64,000 nt of DNA from Octopus vulgaris (lineage: Eukaryota): contig OX597842.1 of the NCBI GenBank assembly GCA_951406725.2, forward strand, positions 3,844,001-3,908,000. Direction: 5' to 3'. Below the pieces are notes generated by a model, which worked only from the letters and a program-made list of their open reading frames with translations, searched no databases and was not told where the DNA came from. A program made the translations under genes and the position numbers. Positions 57,331 to 64,000 of the stretch are shown in pieces; positions within the stretch are counted from its first letter, which is position 1; each line of letters begins with the position of its first letter.

Positions 57331-57728
57331 CATGATGATGGCCGTCCACTCGTGACCGAGGAAAACCATTGCTGACCCTCAGGAACGTTGTGCGCTCAAG
57401 GTCTAACTAATATTTGCATTTGCGGCTCCGTTGGTGGCTAATGAGCCCTGCTCTTGACAGGCATACACGACTGCAAACATTGCAGACCAAGCTTTCCCCC
57501 ATTCACTACACCAGCAGTTTGCGCTTTCGAGCAGCTCGCTTAAGTTCTCCATGCAGAATACGTGCTCTCCCAAAGTTGTCGACGCCCTTCTCAATCTGCT
57601 TCCCCCATCTGTGGTGATGGCAGACATTGCTCTCCCAGTCAGTTCCCTGCATATCACAGGGCCTTAATGAGGACTTGATACAGTCCTTAAATCGCAGCCT
57701 TGATTTCTGCCCCTGTCTCTTTCCATTA
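57331..57728 (-). mobile_element. RTE-clade (BovB-like) LINE 3' end
   Basis: Minus strand [20 protein letters not shown]...WE....RW...IEKG, then CNVCSRVCLSRAGLISHQR (C2H2-like finger) and a (CAT)n tail. Confidence 0.8.
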
Positions 57729-57769
57729 ACATACATACATACGTACATGCATACATACACATTCATAGA

Positions 57770-58075
<306 letters not shown>

Positions 58076-58090
58076 CTATCCATATAACTA

Positions 58091-58330
58091 GCTCTCCGTC
58101 GGTTACGACGACGTGGGTTCCAGCTGATCCGATCAACGGAACAGCATTCTCGTCAAATTAACGTGCAAATGGCTGTGCACTCCACAGACAAGCGTACTCT
58201 TAATGTAGTTCTTAGAGAGATTCAGCACAAAAACAGAGTGTGACCTGTTGAGTGGACTGAAGCAATGTGAAGTAAATCGAACACACGACTATACGATCGC
58301 GAGACGAATACCCTAACCACTAAACCACAA
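58091..58330 (-). mobile_element. SINE family C, internally deleted
   Basis: ctccgtcggttacgacga...gttccagctgatccgatcaacggaac...gagtggactgaagcaa...ccctaaccactaa. Confidence 0.75.
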
Positions 58331-58394
58331 ATTTTCACGCACGCATACACACATACACACATGCACAACGCACACACAGACAAATACACATACA

Positions 58395-58433
<39 letters not shown>

Positions 58434-58496
58434 ACACACACATATCGTCATTGCACAGCCGATTTAGCCTCTATCGGCGTACCTTCTCTAATTTAC

Positions 58497-58678
<182 letters not shown>

Positions 58679-58719
58679 TGTGCGTCTGTGACTGTGTTGT
58701 GTGTGCATCGTGTATGTGT

Positions 58720-58840
58720 CACCGATAGAATAAGTACTAGGCTTACAAAGAATAAGTCTTGGGGTCGATTTACTCGACTAAAGGCGGTGCTCCAGCATGG
58801 CCGCAGTCAAATAACTGAATCAAATAAATGAGTAAAAGAG

Positions 58841-58841
<1 letters not shown>
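58720..58841 (+). mobile_element. SINE family B, 3' end
   Basis: accgatagaataagtactaggcttacaaag...ccagcatggccgcagtc. Confidence 0.85.
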
Positions 58842-58909
<68 letters not shown>

Positions 58910-58946
58910 CTGTAAATATAATAAGTGACAATTATTCGGTAGCCAT

Positions 58947-59007
58947 GATAAAACACCGATTTTCGGATGTCGGGGCGGAGACACACGCCGGCATCACATC
59001 AGTTATC
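58947..59007 (-). ncRNA. Degenerate type I hammerhead motif
   Basis: Minus strand gauaa CUGAUG(U) gaugccgg...ccgacauc c GAAA aucggug UU uuauc. Stem I is a perfect 5 bp. Core A9 is altered. Confidence 0.45.
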
Positions 59008-59401
59008 GGGCCATCGAAAAAAATGCTATGAAAATGACCGGTCATTTCCTCTATTTACATAATATCGAGGTATCCTTCATTCTTTTGTTGTCTTGCCATT
59101 TCTATCAATATATATATCTATAATATATATATATAATACAAAATGGGACATGAACGCAAAACATCCGGACAACTAGGTGATACAAAAAGGGACAACAAAA
59201 CATCCAGATACAAAGAAAACAAGGACAGGTCATTCGAAGTTTTCTATCTTCAGTCAAGAACCAGATTATCCTCGCAATTTCGGCTGATTATTCTTGAGAA
59301 TGTTCCAATCTGGCCAGCCCCAAGGAAAAACTAAGCTAAGCGCATTAGATTCCTCGGAAGAAAGCAGCGAATGTATACAAAAACAAGGACGGAAAAACGG
59401 C

Positions 59402-59435
<34 letters not shown>

Positions 59436-59629
59436 TAGTTGAATGAATTATCCTAGTATGGATAATTCGGTTAACCGATACCTGGGTAGCAAATTCACGT
59501 CAGAAAACGCGGTTGAAGCTACATGCCAAGGGCAGAGATCACGTGCTTTCGTGTGGAAATTTGTGTGTTTTTTTACTATAAATAAATGAAAGAATGGAAT
59601 CGAACGACGATTTAACAAAATTCCTTTAT

Positions 59630-59710
59630 TCTCGACATATGTTTCGAAGACTGCATATTCCTAATTCCGAAGAAATAAGGGGTGCATTATGCCGCCTTCT
59701 CATCAGGAAA
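59630..59710 (-). ncRNA. Type I hammerhead ribozyme (left arm)
   Basis: Reverse complement of the motif at 59850-59930. Confidence 0.78.
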
Positions 59711-59849
59711 GACAAGGAACTTATGTCAGCATCATGACGAACAAAAATTTTTAGATGACTGCCCACACGGAGTCCATAGCGATAATGAGTGTTTCTTTAA
59801 AGAAACACTCATTATCACTATGGACTTATGCTGACATAAGTTCCTTGTC

Positions 59850-59930
59850 TTTCCTGATGAGAAGGCGGCATAATGCACCCCTTATTCCTTCGGAATTAGG
59901 AATATGCAGTCTTCGAAACATATGTCGAGA
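59850..59930 (+). ncRNA. Type I hammerhead ribozyme (right arm), intact core
   Basis: uuuc CUGAUGA gaaggcggcaua...uaugcagucuuc GAAA cauaug UC gaga. Stem II pairs at 11 of 12 positions and stem III is the palindrome ACAUAUGU. Predicted cleavage after C59926. Confidence 0.8.
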
Positions 59931-59992
59931 ATAAAAGAATTTTGTTAAATCGTCGTTCGACTCCATTCTTTCATTTATATATATATATATAT

Positions 59993-60552
59993 ATCCCAAT
60001 CGTCCCCCTGAAATCGTAACTCCACCATCGAGGAGGCCTTCCGGGTGGTCGTTTCCGCTCGCGTGGGTACCACTCGACAACTGCGCGGGTCCACCGATTA
60101 TTGGTGAGCCGGGTGACGTGTCCAGCCCATCCAAACTTGCTGCGTGTATACTCTGCGATGACATCCCTCACGCCGGACTTCTTTCTGATGACCTCGCTAC
60201 TGATGTGCTCTCTCAACGAGATTCCAAGCATTGACCTTTCCATGGCTCTTTGAGCCGTTACCAGTCTCTGCTCTTCTCTCTTTGTGGTAGCCCATGTTTC
60301 ACTACCATATAACATTGCAGGTAGAACTGTACTGTTGATGAGGTTGGCGAGGGTTGTCCTGTCCAACCTTCCCTTGAGCACATCCCTTATGCCATTAAAC
60401 GCCTTCCATCCGGCCCTTACTCTCCGTGAGATCTCCTTTTCGATATCACTTGTATGAGAAAGGCGCGATCCAGAGAGGAGTGAACAGCGTGCTGTGACCA
60501 GCGGTGTCAAATGGACACCTGGCGGACTGGTCGGTCAAGGTGATCAAGGTGA
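59993..60552. mobile_element. RTE-clade LINE 3' portion with a 5' inversion
   Basis: 59993-60450 (-) encodes EISRRVRAGWKAF...VLPAMLYGSETW...QRAMERSMLGI...WAGHV...RPPGRPPRWW. 60453-60552 (+) continues MRKARSREE to a (tcaaggtga)2 tail. Confidence 0.85.
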
Positions 60553-60567
60553 TATATATATATATCA

Positions 60568-60782
60568 TCTTGACACCGCTGGTCACAGCACGCTGTCCAC
60601 TCCTCTCTGGATCGCGCCTTTCTCATCCACGTGATCCCAATCGTCCTCCTGAAATCGTTACTCCAGCGTCGTGTATATATTAATATATCATCAGAAAGAA
60701 GTCCGGCGTGAGGGATGTCATCGCAGAGTATACACGCAGCAAGTTTAGATGGGTTGGACACGTCACCCGGCTCACCGATATA
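60568..60782. mobile_element. Second, rearranged copy of the same RTE 3' region
   Basis: 60568-60672 (-) encodes RRWSNDFRRTIGITWMRKARSREEWTACCDQRCQ. 60688-60782 (+) encodes IRKKSGVRDVIAEYTRSKFRWVGHVTRLTD. Confidence 0.8.
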
Positions 60783-60786
60783 AACC

Positions 60787-60826
<40 letters not shown>

Positions 60827-60928
60827 GGTTTAAGCAATTGAGATTCAAGTGAGTTTTGTAGCCTTATTAAAGATGTCCTCGTACGAAACAATTGTACCGA
60901 TATATTGATACATTCTTGTTGCTTTTTT

Positions 60929-60965
<37 letters not shown>

Positions 60966-60968
<3 letters not shown>

Positions 60969-61380
60969 GTAGGAAGAAATGGAGCTGAACGAAGATTTAA
61001 CACAATTCCTTTTTATTATTTTCTACGGGCTCCTCGTGAGCGTTTGTCGAAAAGCTTGCTGTGCATTTTGTTGGAGAATTAAGTTCCTGAATTTTCCTGA
61101 AGAGAAGGCTGCAAAATGGACTCCTTATTCAATCCGAATTAGGGACTTTGCAGCCTTCGAAACATATGTAGAAAATAATAAAAAGGAATTTTGTTAAATC
61201 TTCGTTCAGCTCCATTTCTTCCTACACTCAGTATATAAAACTTCAAATTTCCGCACTAAGGCACGGATTTTATGCCCCATGGTCGTAACTTCAACCGTGC
61301 TTTTTCTGTTGTGATTTTTGCTACCCAGGTATCGGTTATCATTTGAATTATCCGTAATAAGATAATTCATTTATCTACTT
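60966..61380 (+). mobile_element. Penelope-like terminal repeat with a short inverted 5' copy
   Basis: 60966-61026 is the reverse complement of 61168-61228. The body is a diverged homolog of 59430-59730 and is flanked by (TA)n. Confidence 0.7.
61091..61176 (+). ncRNA. Type I hammerhead ribozyme, best-formed example
   Basis: auuuuc CUGAAGA gaaggcugcaaa...uuugcagccuuc GAAA cauaug UA gaaaau. Stem I is a perfect 6 bp, stem II a perfect 12 bp, and stem III is ACAUAUGU. Predicted cleavage after A61170. Confidence 0.88.
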
Positions 61381-61383
61381 CAA

Positions 61384-61427
<44 letters not shown>

Positions 61428-61494
61428 GCCATTTTTTCCGTCCTTGTTTTTGTATACATTCGCTGCTTTCTTCCAAGGAATGTAATATATATAT

Positions 61495-61638
61495 ACGACG
61501 AGCTTCTTTCTGTTTCTGTCTTTCAAATCTACTCGCAAGGCTTTGGTCGGCCCGAGTCTCCAGCAGAAAAGACTTGACCAACGTGCCGCGAACTTGGCCA
61601 CAACTCGGAACCATGAGGTTATGAATCCTACTCGTTAC
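61495..61638 (-). mobile_element. SINE family B, 5' half, diverged
   Basis: acgacgagcttctttctgtttctgtc..caaatctactcgcaaggctttggtcggcccgag. Confidence 0.75.
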
Positions 61639-62522
61639 CACACTGCCATGGCTGCACCTATTTGTACTAATTTCTAATATGAGTGGCGTTGAGGTCTTTC
61701 CAAGAGAGGCCCCAACTGTTGAGAAGTGAAAGTATTTAGCAGACTCCATGAAGAGGAAACTACGCCCATTTTTTTTTTTTTGGTGACGTGGGGAGGGGCA
61801 GAGTTTTTTTAGGAGATCGTCTTAATGACAAACGTCCACGGGTACGTGGTAGGCTATACCGGGTGGCAGGGTGTGTTTCAGTCCATTGAATTACGAAACA
61901 AGCAATAAAGAACGAACGACGACACACAGACAAATCAATGGTGCGTAACCGGGTTACACTGGGAGCATTGTGTACGAAACCGGGTGTGTTTGTTTATCTA
62001 AGTCTGCATTAAATTTTATGAGTTGTTTTGCTTGCCACACCTCATCCCACACCCACCCACCACAAAAACCCCACACTGCACACACCATACACCACCACCT
62101 ACCCCACTCCATGCCCCCCCCAGCTGAACCCCACCCCTACCCCATAACTCTTTCTATTTAGGGAAAATGTTATGGGTTTGTTTTACGTTTTTTTTTGTTT
62201 TTCTCCAGCTTTGTTATTGATGGTGGTGGTGGTGGTGCTGCTGCTGCTGCTGTTGTTACTGTTATTGTTGTTGTTGTTGGTGGTGGTGGTGGTGATGAAG
62301 GTGGTGTCGGTAGTTGTAAGTGTGGTGGAGGTAGTGGAAGTGATGTTGCAGTTGCTGTTATGTTGCTGCTAGTGGTTGCAGTGGTTGTGAGTTAGTGGTG
62401 AGATGGTGGTTGTGGTGGTGTTCTCGGTGTGGTTGTTGTTCTTGTTGTTATTGACGTCTCTCCAGTTCGTGTAAGCTACCTGTTTTTTTTTATTTTGTGC
62501 ACAGACAGACACATGCACACAC

Positions 62523-62719
<197 letters not shown>

Positions 62720-63171
62720 TGTATGTGTGGGTGTGTGGGTGTGAGCGTGTGTGTCTGTGTATGTGTGTGTATACATATTGATATAAATAAAATAAAATGA
62801 GATAGATAGGGACAGAGACAGACAGACAGATAAATAAATAGACAGGCAGATGGGCAGGTAGGCAAATACATAAATTCAAATGTAAATGTGTCTCCGCTGG
62901 TTTTGTTTGCTGATCGAATAACTAAATACCTCGATGAACAAATAGGACAATCCTTATAAATTGCAATTTTATTATCAGTCCGAATGAGCGTGATGCATGT
63001 TCGAACTGGGGAACAAGCTATTCACTGCGTTTTGTCACGGAATATATATCTCGGAGAATATACATCTCGACAAATGGTGTGTATACATTTTATCAGCTCG
63101 CAGCGCCACCTACCTAGACTATGAGCTACTAGCATTTCAGAGTAGTTATCTCCTCATCAGTCGCAGACACT

Positions 63172-63256
63172 AAGCAGATGACACTACGAAGCAGACGACA
63201 CTACGAAGCAGACGACACTACGAAGCAGACGACACTACGAAGCAGACGACACTACC
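63172..63256. repeat. 17-bp minisatellite (agcagacgacactacga), about 5 units
   Basis: Directly visible tandem units. Confidence 0.92.
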
Positions 63257-63488
63257 AGCTGAATTAAGAGATTACCTCTCTCATGCTTTTCCAGTAACCG
63301 TACGATGACTGCAGCGCTATACGGCGGCTTACCCTAACTAAATTAACGGAGAGGCAGCTCCTCGTCCGCAGTTCCTTATAAAATCCCGACATGCAAGCAC
63401 AAGTGTGGATTGTGTCGCTCTTCTATGGGGTCTGTCATTCATGTTCAGCTACAAAATGTTGAGCTGCTACATTTCATAGCAACAATAT

Positions 63489-64000
63489 ATGAGGGTGGGC
63501 TGAAAGGTTCATAGGCTGTGAAGGAGTGATGCTAGAGCGGTGAAATTTTACAAATATTAATTTCAAACCTTTCTTGTTAATAATTGCATTGTTTTTTTCC
63601 TAGTAAACTAACATCTGACTGTTCAAAAAACATTTCAAAAGTAACTGATAGTGATTCTCTTGAAAATGGATAAAATTTGGCATCATGATGTTATTAAGTA
63701 CCTTATTTCTATATTGCCCACAAGGGGCTAAACATAGAGGAGACAAACAACGACAGACAAACGGATTAAGTCGATTACATTGACCCTAGTGAGTAACTGG
63801 TACTTATTTAATCGACCCAGAAAGGATGAAAGGCAAAGTCGACCTCGGCGGAATTTGAATTCAGAACGTAACGGCAGACGAAATACCGCTAAGCATTTCG
63901 CCCACTTTGCTAACGTTTCTACCAACTCGCTACCTTTATTATTAAGTACCTGTAAGTAAAAAGGGTTTAACCCTCAATGACATTCGTACTGATATGATTG
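63489..64000 (+). mobile_element. 5' end of a mariner-like transposon, interrupted by a SINE
   Basis: TIR-like atgagggtgggctgaaa (TACGAGGG type). Reads MDKIWHHDVIKYL / KKGLTLNDIRTDMI, resembling the mariner N-terminus R.VIKYL..KG....IH..M. Confidence 0.7.
63704..63936 (-). mobile_element. SINE family A, full length, with 13-bp target-site duplication
   Basis: Reverse complement of 6239-6471. ttattaagtacct occurs at 63691-63703 and 63939-63951. Confidence 0.92.

Larger units (their letters stand above)
59582..59978. repeat. Inverted repeat with 151-bp arms plus an inner 56-bp palindrome
   Basis: Arms 59582-59732 and 59828-59978 are nearly identical. A loopless near-perfect palindrome at 59771-59826 is centred on tttaaa. 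Confidence 0.93.

Noticed and set aside
63172-63256. Regular short repeats resembling a CRISPR array
   Set aside because: The units are contiguous with no spacers, the context is eukaryotic, and there are no cas genes.

Overview
This is AT-rich eukaryotic DNA saturated with microsatellites. It is most likely octopus or another cephalopod, inferred from the tRNA-derived SINE families and the extreme (TA)n/(TAGA)n/(AAT)n/(GGT)n load. No credible host protein-coding exon was found, and almost all ORFs in the supplied track are microsatellite artefacts. Real coding remnants are all transposon-derived: a 5'-truncated CR1-clade LINE reverse transcriptase (14882-16725), three 3' ends of a Tx1/L1-like LINE, RTE-clade fragments, two R4/Dong-like 3' ends and four Tc1/mariner relics. 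More than 20 SINE copies from three families are also present. The most striking hidden layer is about 15 type I hammerhead ribozyme motifs (CUGANGA...GAAA...UH) on both strands, from several unrelated small repeat families. They sit mostly in short islands between (TA)n tracts, often inside head-to-head inverted repeats, and different families carry different self-complementary stem III sequences. This is the signature of Penelope-like pseudo-LTRs or retrozymes. Different retroelement families appear to occupy different microsatellite types. All structures were read by eye and none has been tested computationally or biochemically.
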